Source: a virus. From it: a stretch of DNA of 64,000 nt. The notes under the pieces are model-generated. The model saw nothing but the letters and a program-made list of their open reading frames with translations. It was not told where the DNA came from and did no database searches. Made by a program: the position numbers and the translations under genes. The stretch lies in IMG/VR virus record IMGVR_UViG_3300044858_003017. One strand, given 5' to 3'. Position 1 is the first letter of the stretch, and every line of letters begins with the position of its first letter. This document shows positions 8,708-19,228 of the stretch, in pieces.

Positions 8708-9557
8708 TTCGTTCTTCTAATGTATATTTAGGTTTGTATATTGATAGCATTAAACTAGGATCACATACTCTAAAAGAAACTCCAATTGGTTTTTCTAATA
8801 AATGTTTAATTCCATTCTCTGGCCGCCATTTGCTAATTTCAAACATAGTTTCAGCTAATGTATTAAATGGAGTAGCTATTCCACTTCCTAGATTCAATGC
8901 ATCAACTTGAACATCATTTTCTACAACAGTCATAACCGCTTCTACAATATCTTCCATATGGATAAAATCTCGTACTTGCGTACCATCGCCCCAAATTTCA
9001 AATTCAGAAACTTTTCTTTTAATTCTATCAATGAATGATGGGAATGGATAAGTTAAATCCTGATCTGCGCCATATCCTGAGAATGGTCTAAATACATAAA
9101 CTTTAGTTCCTTGTTCTCTAACAAATTTTGCTAAATATTCGCCTGTTAATTTAGCCCAACCATATGTATAATCTGGTAATCTAATATCATCTAAATTAAT
9201 ATCCGATTCTTTTAAATGATATTGCAATTCTGGATGTTGTAAATGTACTGGGTATGCTGCACTAGAACTAAAGTAAACTACTCTAGGTTGTTTTGTTTTT
9301 ATTACCCAGTTAAAGAACTCCGAATCAATTGATAAATCTGTTGCTACTGATAACGGTTCATTTTCAATTGTTTCTCGACCACCTACGATTGCTGCTAAAT
9401 GAATTATCAAATCAAATTTTTGAGTTGAAGTTTTAAAAAAGTCGCGACAATCGTTTCCTTCTTTTAAATCAACTCCAGTTATTTCATGTTTACCATTAAA
9501 ATAACGTAAAAAGGATCTGCCTACGAACCCCATATGGCCTGTAATTAATATTTTCAT
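8682..9557 (-). CDS. NAD-dependent epimerase/dehydratase
   Basis: LITGHMGFVG, HLAA, SSSAAY, YGWAK (YxxxK), GDGTQVRDFIH. Confidence 0.92.
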   Translation of the reverse strand: MKILITGHMGFVGRSFLRYFNGKHEITGVDLKEGNDCRDFFKTSTQKFDLIIHLAAIVGGRETIENEPLSVATDLSIDSEFFNWVIKTKQPRVVYFSSSAAYPVHLQHPELQYHLKESDINLDDIRLPDYTYGWAKLTGEYLAKFVREQGTKVYVFRPFSGYGADQDLTYPFPSFIDRIKRKVSEFEIWGDGTQVRDFIHMEDIVEAVMTVVENDVQVDALNLGSGIATPFNTLAETMFEISKWRPENGIKHLLEKPIGVSFRVCDPSLMLSIYKPKYTLEERIEQILYGK

Positions 9558-10420
9558 AAATTTTCTATAAAATTAAAAATGCTTGTATATGCATCTTGTT
9601 CAAATTGTTTATAAATCTCGTCATTCTTTTCATTTAATGTCCCAACTCGTTTTGTAGGGTGAACTTGATTATGTCCTTTTAATCTAGTTGATATATGATA
9701 TTGTGGTATATTTTTTTTAGTAAAAAACATTTCTAAACAATAATCTTCTCGAGCAAAATGTAAATCTAATGGTAAAAATGGATATGGTAAATTTCTTGCT
9801 AGTGCGGTCATATTACCATCTATCTTCAATCGGTCTAATTTAATTAAAATTGGATCGAATTGACTATTAAATTTATTTAATTCATCAATTGAAATATAAT
9901 CAGTACAATTAAATGGAGCTGGAGCTTGTTCTGGACGTATTGCGGGGCCGTTTCTAGGAAATTTATGTATCCACGGATGTTCTACATCATCCCATGTACT
10001 ATCCCACATTTTTCTAGTTGCTAATGAAATAAAATGTGGATGATCTAATTCTATGTTTGATAATAGAAAGAAATAATCTTCTGGGACTAAACAATCAGAT
10101 TCTCCCCATACAATGTATTTATAATCATATTCTGGACCGTAAATATCTCTACGGAAATCTCCTATATTATAAAATTCATCATCATTTGTTTTATATGAAA
10201 TGATTGCATTCTTTAAAACTGGATGATTTATAAATTCATTAAACATCTCTATTGGAATAACGTTGTCAGGCTTTTCTATAAATGTTTGAGCATTTAAATA
10301 TACTATTAAATCTACTGGGATAATACTATTTTGAATTGCATGCTCAACTGAATCTAATGTTTCATTTAACATTTTAGACTCATACCACATTACGTGTAAT
10401 GTATATAATATTTTATTCAT
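9554..10420 (-). CDS. Putative GT-A glycosyltransferase
   Basis: WGESDCL (ExD), REDYC; position in the glycosylation cluster. Confidence 0.55.
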   Translation of the reverse strand: MNKILYTLHVMWYESKMLNETLDSVEHAIQNSIIPVDLIVYLNAQTFIEKPDNVIPIEMFNEFINHPVLKNAIISYKTNDDEFYNIGDFRRDIYGPEYDYKYIVWGESDCLVPEDYFFLLSNIELDHPHFISLATRKMWDSTWDDVEHPWIHKFPRNGPAIRPEQAPAPFNCTDYISIDELNKFNSQFDPILIKLDRLKIDGNMTALARNLPYPFLPLDLHFAREDYCLEMFFTKKNIPQYHISTRLKGHNQVHPTKRVGTLNEKNDEIYKQFEQDAYTSIFNFIENL

Positions 10421-11277
10421 ATAATTGATTGATATAAATTAATGTGTTGTTGTGCAACATATTTGCTGTTGCATAATTCTTTTATTTCTTCCGGCGCCGT
10501 TGAATCTATTGATAAAATATTTCCATTGATATCAATTAAATACATATATCCTGGCACATCGCAACACCAACCTTCTAAAGTTGTTCTGCCTAATAAAATT
10601 CCTGCAGTAAAATGCATCATCTGTACTATGTTTTCAGTATCCCATCGTTTGTCTACATATTTAATGTTTGGATGCTTAAAGTCATAACGACTTTCACTCA
10701 TTAGATACAAATCCCAATCATTTTCAATGCATTGTTGAACTAAATGCTGAACTGCTTGAAAACGTATTGGATCTAAAACTTCTCCAACAAAAATTCCAGA
10801 ATAACGTTCTAATTTTGAAGCCTCATTGGAATTAAATCTAGTTCTATCAATTGGATTGTATATCAATGAAACTTTGGATGCTGGTATATTGTAGTCATTG
10901 ATAAGCATATCTACAATTGGTTTTCGTATTACAACATAATGTGATATTCTAGAATCCAATATCGGATCTTCAGATCTAATTTCTGAATGTATGATACTAA
11001 TTATAGGAATATTTTTAAAATGTTCCAACATAAACAAATTGACTTGCGGTTGACTTGCTACTATTATATCATATTTTTCTGTAATATCCAAATTTGTTGT
11101 ATCTAATTGTCGAACATGTTGAAGTTTTAATCGTACTTCATCCATCCAATCAATTTCTCGCAATGTGAATAATGTAACATCGTGTCCTAATGCATCTAAT
11201 TCACGTGTTAGTTCATAATGATATAATTCACTTCCGCCTAAGCCATTAGCATTCAAACAACCTAATAGTATTTTCAT
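10417..11277 (-). CDS. GT-B (GT4-like) glycosyltransferase
   Basis: GGSELY..EL...L...GHDVT, IYNPID..RF, GRTTLEG. Confidence 0.8.
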   Translation of the reverse strand: MKILLGCLNANGLGGSELYHYELTRELDALGHDVTLFTLREIDWMDEVRLKLQHVRQLDTTNLDITEKYDIIVASQPQVNLFMLEHFKNIPIISIIHSEIRSEDPILDSRISHYVVIRKPIVDMLINDYNIPASKVSLIYNPIDRTRFNSNEASKLERYSGIFVGEVLDPIRFQAVQHLVQQCIENDWDLYLMSESRYDFKHPNIKYVDKRWDTENIVQMMHFTAGILLGRTTLEGWCCDVPGYMYLIDINGNILSIDSTAPEEIKELCNSKYVAQQHINLYQSII

Positions 11278-11897
11278 ATTTTTTGTAAGATAAAATTAAT
11301 TGTATTTTGCCAAACAATCCTATATTCAGTATGACATATATCTGATAACTGCTGTATTGTGATATTATTAGAATTATGTTCGAATATAAAAAATTCTGGT
11401 CTGTATCCTAATTCATATAATCTACTAAATGCTAAAATATCCTTACCCTCGATGTCAATGCTAATAATATCAAAGTAATCAATCTTGATATCTGATACTA
11501 ATTGATCAATTGTCTTTGTTTTAATTAGTTCTTCAGTATAGTGAACATTTCTATTAGTTTCCCAATATGTTTTTTCTGAAGTTGACATTGTAGATACTTG
11601 ATTAATTGTATCTGGCTCTAAATTTCCTAAATAAATCACCGTTTCCGTTTCTTCTGAATCAATTGCATATGGATATATGATAACTTGATTATTTTCAGAA
11701 TATAATTCATTTAATTTAGATATACATTGGCTAGTAGGTTCTACTAATACGCCTTTCCATCCTAGTTTTTCAATAAAATATCTAGAATTTGAATAAGTTG
11801 TTCCGTCATTTGCACCTATATCTAATATAGATCCAATTTTATTATTGTTAGACAACTGATTAACAATAAAAAGGTCTTCTCCGTGTTGTGAATACAT
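11274..11897 (-). CDS. FkbM-family methyltransferase
   Basis: YSQHGED, LDIGANDG, W.GVLVEP, SIDIEG. Confidence 0.9.
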   Translation of the reverse strand: MYSQHGEDLFIVNQLSNNNKIGSILDIGANDGTTYSNSRYFIEKLGWKGVLVEPTSQCISKLNELYSENNQVIIYPYAIDSEETETVIYLGNLEPDTINQVSTMSTSEKTYWETNRNVHYTEELIKTKTIDQLVSDIKIDYFDIISIDIEGKDILAFSRLYELGYRPEFFIFEHNSNNITIQQLSDICHTEYRIVWQNTINFILQKI

Positions 11898-11900
11898 AAG

Positions 11901-12491
11901 TTACTTTGTTGCTACGATATATTGAAAATGTGCTTTGTGATGTAATGTTACATTCCATCCTGCGTCTACAAACATTTCTTTATATGAATCCCCATTAAAC
12001 ACCCATAAATGAAATGGTGCGTGATATGTTGGTGTTTCATAATCGGGAGATGATGCTATGATATATTTTACGCCGTTATTTAATAATTTTTTAATAAATG
12101 TGTCTGGATCTACTAAATGCTCTAATACTTCTGTACAAATTGCAATATCTGGGAATTTAATATCATCTTCGATTATAAAATCTTTGTAAAATACATTATC
12201 TGTATTTCCGCGTGTAATTGCATCTTCTACATTTGCAGGACATAAATCATAACCCCAAATTGTATTTGAAACTTTTGACTGAATCTCGCGAATTAGTCCA
12301 GCATTGCCACAACCAAAATCACAAATTGTTAAATCTTTATTTTGTTCATGATTTAATATTTGTAATAAAAAATCTTGCACTTGCAATAATCTAGGACGAT
12401 GTCCTGCTTCATTTATATGATCAACTGCTTCTCGGTCTTTATACCATTCTGCATCATGACTATGTGGTTTATCAAATGTTTTATATCTCAT
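11901..12491 (-). CDS. Class I SAM-dependent methyltransferase
   Basis: DFGCGNAG, CTEVLEHLVDP. Confidence 0.88.
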   Translation of the reverse strand: MRYKTFDKPHSHDAEWYKDREAVDHINEAGHRPRLLQVQDFLLQILNHEQNKDLTICDFGCGNAGLIREIQSKVSNTIWGYDLCPANVEDAITRGNTDNVFYKDFIIEDDIKFPDIAICTEVLEHLVDPDTFIKKLLNNGVKYIIASSPDYETPTYHAPFHLWVFNGDSYKEMFVDAGWNVTLHHKAHFQYIVATK

Positions 12492-13165
12492 AATAATTCT
12501 TTTATTTTATTAATGTCAATCATTCTTTGTGGACTATTCATATAGATTTGATATTGTTGTTGATCATATGGTGCAACAGATGCTGCATCTACATATTGTG
12601 AATCTCGTACTGCTTTGCCGTTGTCTGGATGTACATGTTCAAATATTACTTCATCAAAGTATTTAATAATATTTAAGCTATGTCCTAAATCTAACCAAAA
12701 ATTGTCAGCATACATATGAATTAAATTCTTAGGAACCATATATTCTAATTTGTCAACTATATTAGAAGTTAAACAAACTGCGGTTGGTAATTTAGCTCCT
12801 TGTAATAAATCATTACCATATGCGATGCCAACTCCATTATTTTTTTCAAAATAAGAAATAAACTTAGATTCCCAAGCTGATTGAATAACGTGATCATCGC
12901 CAAAAAACGCAATATATTTATATTGGTCTTTATATTTCATGGCAATTTGATTCAATGTTGGAATCATCCTTATTCGAGGATTCACTTCATAAATAACGCC
13001 ATCTCTTCTAGGATATTGATGATCATCATCAGAGTCTAATGCAATGCATAAATCACTATGTCCTTCTGAATGAAGTTGACAATGTTGTATAAATCGATCA
13101 ACATTTGGATATCTGACACTTTCACCAGATCTGGATGGTACTATAATTAAAATTTCTTTTTTCAT
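12488..13165 (-). CDS. GT2-like glycosyltransferase
   Basis: IIVPSR, FFGDDH, HMYADN, EHVHP. Confidence 0.75.
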   Translation of the reverse strand: MKKEILIIVPSRSGESVRYPNVDRFIQHCQLHSEGHSDLCIALDSDDDHQYPRRDGVIYEVNPRIRMIPTLNQIAMKYKDQYKYIAFFGDDHVIQSAWESKFISYFEKNNGVGIAYGNDLLQGAKLPTAVCLTSNIVDKLEYMVPKNLIHMYADNFWLDLGHSLNIIKYFDEVIFEHVHPDNGKAVRDSQYVDAASVAPYDQQQYQIYMNSPQRMIDINKIKELL

Positions 13166-13785
13166 AATGTATTGTAATAATTGTTTTGTTTTTCTTGTCG
13201 TTCAATTGTTTTAGGATGATATAGAGCGAACTCCTCCATTTCTGGCAAACTGGTCCACGTCTTATGTCCATTTAATACTTCATGGACTTTATTAATCCAT
13301 TTAATTTCTGTTTTGTTTTTCCAAATTCTCCATTGATTGTCCGGCCAATTGATCCAGCCCTGATCATTTACATTCCAGCGCCATTTTGTAATATGTTCTT
13401 GAGTAATTCCTTCTACTGTATTAACGCGTGGAACTAAAAATACATCACAATCAAAGTTTTCTTCTAATACATATGGTAATACTTCTACTAGTTTTTCATG
13501 AGGTATTTCATCTGCATCGATCTGAAAAATATAATCGCCGCTACATAAACTAGTTAACTTATTTTTCCAATCTGCAAAATGTCCTGCAAACTCACCTTTA
13601 TGCCAAGAAAATTCTTTATTAACAGAGTGTGATCGTAAAAAAGCTTCAATCTCTAAATCTCCATTTTTACTATCAAACAAGATAACAATATTGTCTTGTA
13701 TTCTTTTATGTTTAAGCAAGTGTGTAATGAGTCTTTGAATTTCTTTAAACTCATTGCACACCGTAATAGCGTATGTTATTTTCAT
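13162..13785 (-). CDS. GT2 glycosyltransferase
   Basis: YAITVCNE, FQIDADE, VHEVL. Confidence 0.88.
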   Translation of the reverse strand: MKITYAITVCNEFKEIQRLITHLLKHKRIQDNIVILFDSKNGDLEIEAFLRSHSVNKEFSWHKGEFAGHFADWKNKLTSLCSGDYIFQIDADEIPHEKLVEVLPYVLEENFDCDVFLVPRVNTVEGITQEHITKWRWNVNDQGWINWPDNQWRIWKNKTEIKWINKVHEVLNGHKTWTSLPEMEEFALYHPKTIERQEKQNNYYNTL

Positions 13786-15014
13786 ATTTTTTGCAATTTA
13801 GGTAGTTTTAACTCTAATGGTTTTGGGATAGATTCAACTCCCTCATCTACAATGTTCAATACTCGTTCATATACTGTGGCTACTGCAGTTTTAGTAAAAG
13901 TTGAATTTACAAAGTAACGTTGACGTTTTGCTAATTCTTGCCATTTTTTATAATTTTTCAAAACATCTTTCATCATTTTACCTGCAGATGCATAATCCGG
14001 AGTAAACCATTTAGCTTCTTCAATTAAAAATTCATTGCGTGCCGATGGATGAATTTCAGTTAATCCGCCTGGTAATGCACAAATAAAATCTTTTTTCAAG
14101 AAATCTACCTGTCCTGAATAGTATGGAGCAATGATTGGTTTCCCGGATGTCGAAAATTCTAATAATGGACGACCAAAACCTTCAGCTTTAGTAAATGATA
14201 TCATTGCTTTTATTTTTGGATGATTATAAAGAAGATTCATTTCTTCATCTGTTAAATCACCATGCAAAAGATATACACTTGGTAATTTTGCATTTCCAAA
14301 CATATCTCGTATTTGTGAAATTTTTGATTCAATTTCAAATCGATCTAATACAGAATATGTTGCACCACTTGTTTTTAATACGAGAGCAGGAGTATCTTTT
14401 TGATTTTTATATGTATCAAAAAAACAATGAATCAATCCACTGATATTTTTTCTATCTTCTCCTAGTTGTCCTTGTAACCAATGTCCTACCGATAAAAATG
14501 CAGTTGTTTCTGCAATTTGATCTAATATACTTAATTGGCCTGGCAATGTATTCGTATAAATTGTTTCATCAAAATATTCCGGAATAACTTGTATATTTGT
14601 TGTTATAGCTTTTCCATGTTTTTTAGATGTATTTTCAAATACTTGTTTAGTAAATTCAGTTGGAACAATAATCATTTGCATAGCATTAATTTTATCAATC
14701 CATTCTGCGGGACAAATATCACCTTCTGTTGCCGCGGTGACTCCAATATTATATTTACCAACTGCTTGAAATTCATTTGGCACGGTTATTTGTACCCAAA
14801 TATCTGGTTGATATTGTATTGGCATTGGAATAATTCTTTGTTTCCAATCTTGTGGCAATGGATATGTAAATGGTGTATGCCCCCATGGTAATGAAAGCAA
14901 TTTAATGTCCCATTCATTACCTCGTTGTTCAATAAAATTAGCAATTATTTCACGAGCATGATGTCCGTATCCCGATTGTGTTGCTACTGGTGATGCTATA
15001 ACTACTGTGCGCAT
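13782..15014 (-). CDS. GT4-like glycosyltransferase
   Basis: SGYG, DRKNI, EGFGRPLLE (Ex7E). Confidence 0.88.
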   Translation of the reverse strand: MRTVVIASPVATQSGYGHHAREIIANFIEQRGNEWDIKLLSLPWGHTPFTYPLPQDWKQRIIPMPIQYQPDIWVQITVPNEFQAVGKYNIGVTAATEGDICPAEWIDKINAMQMIIVPTEFTKQVFENTSKKHGKAITTNIQVIPEYFDETIYTNTLPGQLSILDQIAETTAFLSVGHWLQGQLGEDRKNISGLIHCFFDTYKNQKDTPALVLKTSGATYSVLDRFEIESKISQIRDMFGNAKLPSVYLLHGDLTDEEMNLLYNHPKIKAMISFTKAEGFGRPLLEFSTSGKPIIAPYYSGQVDFLKKDFICALPGGLTEIHPSARNEFLIEEAKWFTPDYASAGKMMKDVLKNYKKWQELAKRQRYFVNSTFTKTAVATVYERVLNIVDEGVESIPKPLELKLPKLQKI

Positions 15015-16498
15015 ACTATTCCTGTTTTTTCGTATTTTTTTGTTGTAACTTTATGTAATGTATATTTTGCTCTATTTTCTCGTTTAGAATCAAATAGATA
15101 ATCAATCATATGAATCATTTTTTGACCCATTTGTTCTGCCGTAAGTCCATTTTTCAAACACCAATCTCTTCCAGCTTGTCCCATCGACTCTCGAAGCGTT
15201 TCTGGAGTGTCATACCAATAGCGAATTGCATCAGCTACATCTTCAAAACAAACTCGGTCATCAAAGATATATGGCGTAGCAGGCGATCCTTGAAGTGATC
15301 GGTTACTTGGAAATACTGGTTTGGCCCATATCCCATGGTGTTTAAATTTACCCATATGATTTGTTGAAAAATCTCCATCAAATCTTATCCATTCATCATT
15401 TTCATCTACAAAACCACATTGATCTTGCAATCCACCGGTAACATTATTAACGATAGGAGTTCCTGACAACATTGCTTCAGTTGAACTAAGTCCCCAACCT
15501 TCGTTGCTACCAATATTAACTACCACATCTGCAACATTATACAATGCATTTAACTCTTGTGGAGTCATTTTTTGTTCTGAAAATAATATTTTGCAATTAG
15601 GTGCCAATGTTTTATAAATTGCACGCAAATCTGTACCATTTTCGTCTACAACTTGCGTGTGCATTAAAAGTGCAACTTTATTTCGTGTAGCTTCTGGCAA
15701 TCCGTCTACAAAATGTTTGAATGCTAATATCAAATCACCTGGTTGTTTTCTTCGTATATTTCGATTATTCCAAAATACTACAAAATCAACATCATTTTTA
15801 GTTTTGATATTTTCATACATTCGTTTGTATGCTGCGTCATCTTGCGGCAATGGCTTAAACGTGTTATGATTCAATCCGTGTGGAACAAATCCTGTAATAA
15901 TTTGGTTCCATTTTACATCTTGCGGTACAGAATCATTTGAATCATAATTTACGACATCAAACCCATTTTGAGTAAGTACTTCTCGATGAATGTTATCTGA
16001 CTGCTTGCTAATACCCATAATTAAATCGCAACTTGCATAATATGGTGCGTTCCACATCGGATACGGCAAATCATCCCAGATTGAATAATATACAATAGGA
16101 ATATTATAAGTTGTTTTAATTTCATGTTCAATTGCATAAAGCCAAACCCAATATCTTGGATCAGTGAAATGAAATATTGCATCTGGTTTTTCTTGATTGA
16201 TGATTGCAAATAATATATTGCGGTCGCCATATCCGCTCCACGGAATTATTTTAACAGACGCATCAGCTACACCAGTTTCTTGTGCAACATGTGCAGATAA
16301 ATCAACACCTTGCCCGTGTTCGGGATGATGTAGAGCTGCTCCTAATTGTACCCAATCATAATGATGTACGGTATTAAAAACTATTTCTCGGCTAATTGTG
16401 CCAATGCCAGACGGCAAACGAAAATCGTCAGCTAACAATAAAATTTTCTTTTTCTTAGGCTTGTTCGGGTCGAACTTTTGTAACTTTGGTAACTCCAT
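15002..16498 (-). CDS. GT4-like glycosyltransferase
   Basis: NRNIRRK, EGWGLSSTEAM (Ex7E), TGGLQD. Confidence 0.88.
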   Translation of the reverse strand: MELPKLQKFDPNKPKKKKILLLADDFRLPSGIGTISREIVFNTVHHYDWVQLGAALHHPEHGQGVDLSAHVAQETGVADASVKIIPWSGYGDRNILFAIINQEKPDAIFHFTDPRYWVWLYAIEHEIKTTYNIPIVYYSIWDDLPYPMWNAPYYASCDLIMGISKQSDNIHREVLTQNGFDVVNYDSNDSVPQDVKWNQIITGFVPHGLNHNTFKPLPQDDAAYKRMYENIKTKNDVDFVVFWNNRNIRRKQPGDLILAFKHFVDGLPEATRNKVALLMHTQVVDENGTDLRAIYKTLAPNCKILFSEQKMTPQELNALYNVADVVVNIGSNEGWGLSSTEAMLSGTPIVNNVTGGLQDQCGFVDENDEWIRFDGDFSTNHMGKFKHHGIWAKPVFPSNRSLQGSPATPYIFDDRVCFEDVADAIRYWYDTPETLRESMGQAGRDWCLKNGLTAEQMGQKMIHMIDYLFDSKRENRAKYTLHKVTTKKYEKTGIVCAQ

Positions 16499-16518
16499 TT
16501 AATCCTTTGTAACTTTAT

Positions 16519-16527
16519 TATAAATAT
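16519..16527 (-). promoter_or_regulatory. Putative late promoter heading the glycosylation operon
   Basis: ATATTTATA about 21 nt upstream of ATG 16498. Confidence 0.6.
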
Positions 16528-16530
16528 GGT

Positions 16531-16935
16531 TTAACCTAATATAACCACCGGTTTATTTAATTTTTTAGTGCGAGTCCATGCAGTTTGCAATACTGGGTCT
16601 AATTGCATTTGGTTACTCATAATCATCATGTAATCACATCGTTCTGCAATAAGTTGCATGCGGTGATGTAATTGTGAAAAATGATATGGTTTGCCATAAT
16701 ATGACTCTGGCATTGCTGAATACATGTTATGTCCTGAAAATGAAGGATTGTATTCTTCATACTGTATGGCAAATTCTAATGCATATTTCCTAACCATGTT
16801 GTTTGCACCTTCGCTGCCACCTGCACCAACTACTATCAAGTCATCTCCAAACTTTCGTTTTAACATTTGAAGAGTTTCTTGAATCTTTCTTTTGTTTTGC
16901 CAATCTGTATTTCCAATGACTGCAACTCGTTTCAT
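16531..16935 (-). CDS. SLOG/YspA-like nucleotide-binding protein
   Basis: RVAVIG, VGAGGSEGA, IAERCDYM, KKLNKPV pattern. Confidence 0.65.
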   Translation of the reverse strand: MKRVAVIGNTDWQNKRKIQETLQMLKRKFGDDLIVVGAGGSEGANNMVRKYALEFAIQYEEYNPSFSGHNMYSAMPESYYGKPYHFSQLHHRMQLIAERCDYMMIMSNQMQLDPVLQTAWTRTKKLNKPVVILG

Positions 16936-17150
16936 TTTCTATCTCGTACAAATTTAACACCTTTTGGATAATGTCCGTATACTAAACGAAGCATTTGTTC
17001 CAATGTTTTTCTATTTTCTTTATGATCAGGTCCATCTACATTTGTGCATAATGCATATTCCATTGTGCACGTACGTTTACCGCCCCAAGATGCATGATTT
17101 TGCATTTCAAATTCGTAAACGTATACATGTTTATGTGTCCATTTAATCAT
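16932..17150 (-). CDS. Hypothetical protein
   Basis: 72-aa ORF with an ATGA overlap and a promoter-like element upstream. Confidence 0.6.
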   Translation of the reverse strand: MIKWTHKHVYVYEFEMQNHASWGGKRTCTMEYALCTNVDGPDHKENRKTLEQMLRLVYGHYPKGVKFVRDRK

Positions 17151-17168
17151 ATCTTATTATAATGAATT

Positions 17169-18125
17169 TTATTCACGAATCCTATTTTCTTTAGGACAAC
17201 GTACATAATCAGTTTTGAAAGGACAATACTTGCAATTCGTAGAACCTTTACCAGCAATTGCCATATATTGTCTATCAGCATTCTTATTGCCTTCAGCATC
17301 GAAACAAGATTCAACAAATGCTTCAATCTGCCGCTGCACTTTCTTTTGCGTTACCGAACCTGCAGATGGTTTGAAATTTTGTATGCGTTTTTGTGGAAAC
17401 ATTGATTCTTCAACAATCTTGCGCTTAACAATAAAAAATTCAACATCAATGTTTTCTTTAGGAACACCAAATTGCTCTGAAAAGTAATTCTTGTATGCAA
17501 CTAACTGTGCAGCTTTCATTGAATCTGATTTAGCATTCTTATTCCAACCATTGCGCGATGTCTTGATGTCAAGAATTACAATCTTATTGGTTGGAGCATG
17601 ACGAAGCACAACATCAATAAAGCCATACCAATATACTGATGGATTCTTTGCTGATGCTTGTTGACATAATTCAATTTCGATACCAACAAGCTCCCAATCT
17701 TTGCTTGAAAAATATTGTGAACGTCGTTTCAAAAACCATTGTAAAATAGCAGCACCATCTTCTAAATATTCTGCTAATTGCAACGGATTAGAAAAATGTT
17801 GTCCTCCCATTTCTTGCACACATCGAGTATATTCATCTCGAAGCTTACTTTGCAATATTGAACGAAGATTTAATTCTTCTGCTTTCTTAACAGATTCCGT
17901 ATACATTACGGTTAAGAAATGTTGAAATGTTTCGTGAAATGCCGTACCAAATACTGTATCAATTGATGCTTGAAATGGAGCTAAACCATCAATGTATGCT
18001 AACTTCCAAGAAAGTGGACAACGTTCATACATTGACCATTGTGAATAAGATATTTTTCTAGGAACAGTTTGTGCATCTCGTATTGCTAGTTTATATACTG
18101 GATTGATATAATTTCCTTGTTTCAT
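17169..18125 (-). CDS. PD-(D/E)xK (Cas4/RecB-like) exonuclease
   Basis: SYSQ....CP, GTAFHE, GFID, DIKT, QLVAY, C-terminal CKYCPF..C. Confidence 0.88.
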   Translation of the reverse strand: MKQGNYINPVYKLAIRDAQTVPRKISYSQWSMYERCPLSWKLAYIDGLAPFQASIDTVFGTAFHETFQHFLTVMYTESVKKAEELNLRSILQSKLRDEYTRCVQEMGGQHFSNPLQLAEYLEDGAAILQWFLKRRSQYFSSKDWELVGIEIELCQQASAKNPSVYWYGFIDVVLRHAPTNKIVILDIKTSRNGWNKNAKSDSMKAAQLVAYKNYFSEQFGVPKENIDVEFFIVKRKIVEESMFPQKRIQNFKPSAGSVTQKKVQRQIEAFVESCFDAEGNKNADRQYMAIAGKGSTNCKYCPFKTDYVRCPKENRIRE

Positions 18126-18141
18126 ATTATAAAATAAGAAA

Positions 18142-18345
18142 TTATTTGTTAGAATCCAATTGTTCCTTTAAATAAATATCAATTAAATCTTTTGTTTTTT
18201 GTAGATCTTGTTGAAAAGAACCTTTGTGACGGCACCTTACAATGCGTTTAATGATGTCGAACTCATAGGCGTTCAAGTCCCACTCTTCTGCAAATTTATA
18301 AAGGCTATCCTTACCTTTGTAATGTGATTGTGTATTTATACTCAT
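18142..18345 (-). CDS. DUF3310-like small protein
   Basis: SHY...IIKRIVR..HKG...QDLQK pattern. Confidence 0.6.
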   Translation of the reverse strand: MSINTQSHYKGKDSLYKFAEEWDLNAYEFDIIKRIVRCRHKGSFQQDLQKTKDLIDIYLKEQLDSNK

Positions 18346-18791
18346 TTGATTCCTTTCAACATTCGCTTTTTATCGCCATCACTATATCCGTACATTGAAA
18401 TAATGCGGTCAATTGATATCTTATCCATCAATTCTAAATAATCTGCAGCTTCTGATTTGCTAGTCTGATAATGCTCTGCAAACTGTGCAATCAATTCCTT
18501 ATCATACTTATCTTCTGATTTGCCTTTGATGTATTTTGCAAAGCTTTTATTGGTAGGCAGAAGATCGTGATATAATTTATAAGTTTCTTGTGGTCGTAAT
18601 TGTCCAATGGTATATGTTTGGAATTCATTGATTAATTCCGTTAATTCCATACGCATTGATAACCATCGATTTACGATGAACGGAGAAAATTTCTTTTGAT
18701 CCGTTTCAGACCATTTCGACCATTCTCGTTTTTTATCAGTTAATCCACTTATTAAATCAAAAATTGTTGCACCTTTCTTTTCTTCTGCCAT
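18342..18791 (-). CDS. Clamp loader small subunit (T4 gp62-like)
   Basis: FSPFIVNRWLS, FAKYIK; next to gp44/gp45-like genes. Confidence 0.75.
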   Translation of the reverse strand: MAEEKKGATIFDLISGLTDKKREWSKWSETDQKKFSPFIVNRWLSMRMELTELINEFQTYTIGQLRPQETYKLYHDLLPTNKSFAKYIKGKSEDKYDKELIAQFAEHYQTSKSEAADYLELMDKISIDRIISMYGYSDGDKKRMLKGIK

Positions 18792-18794
18792 TTA

Positions 18795-19010
18795 TTATAA
18801 TTTATATTTTTTACGATATTGTTCTTCTAACTGTTTGCCTATGCCTAATTCTAAAATCACTGCGGTATCTGGTACTCCAATGATACGCTTTGCATCTAAG
18901 ATATCATCTATAGATTTATTGCGAAACGTTTTCATTTTTGTTTTTGCATTGCTTCGATTAGATGATTTAAACACAACCGTTACTGTACTTTTGTGATATG
19001 ATATAGACAT
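18795..19010 (-). CDS. Hypothetical protein
   Basis: Basic 71-aa ORF in the operon. Confidence 0.6.
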   Translation of the reverse strand: MSISYHKSTVTVVFKSSNRSNAKTKMKTFRNKSIDDILDAKRIIGVPDTAVILELGIGKQLEEQYRKKYKL

Positions 19011-19228
19011 TACTTTTTAACTTTAATTGGTTGAAATTCTTCTGGAACAAATCCACAATCATCACATCTAAATACTGGAATAGGAACTATCGTATCTTTA
19101 TCTGCACCAGTTAAAAATTTAGATACTTTATTGATTGCCATTACTTGACGAAAATACATTCCGTTGCATTCTTTACATGTAATTGGTTGCATATCATTTG
19201 GACCAATATTAACATTTAATTTACTCAT
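19010..19228 (-). CDS. Small zinc-ribbon protein
   Basis: Likely start MSKLNV at 19228 (ATGA overlap); CKEC...CDDC. Confidence 0.7.
   Translation of the reverse strand: MSKLNVNIGPNDMQPITCKECNGMYFRQVMAINKVSKFLTGADKDTIVPIPVFRCDDCGFVPEEFQPIKVKK

Noticed and set aside
17169-18125. Cas4-like nuclease as a sign of CRISPR-Cas
   Set aside because: No repeat-spacer array or other cas genes were seen; solo Cas4-like nucleases are common in phages.
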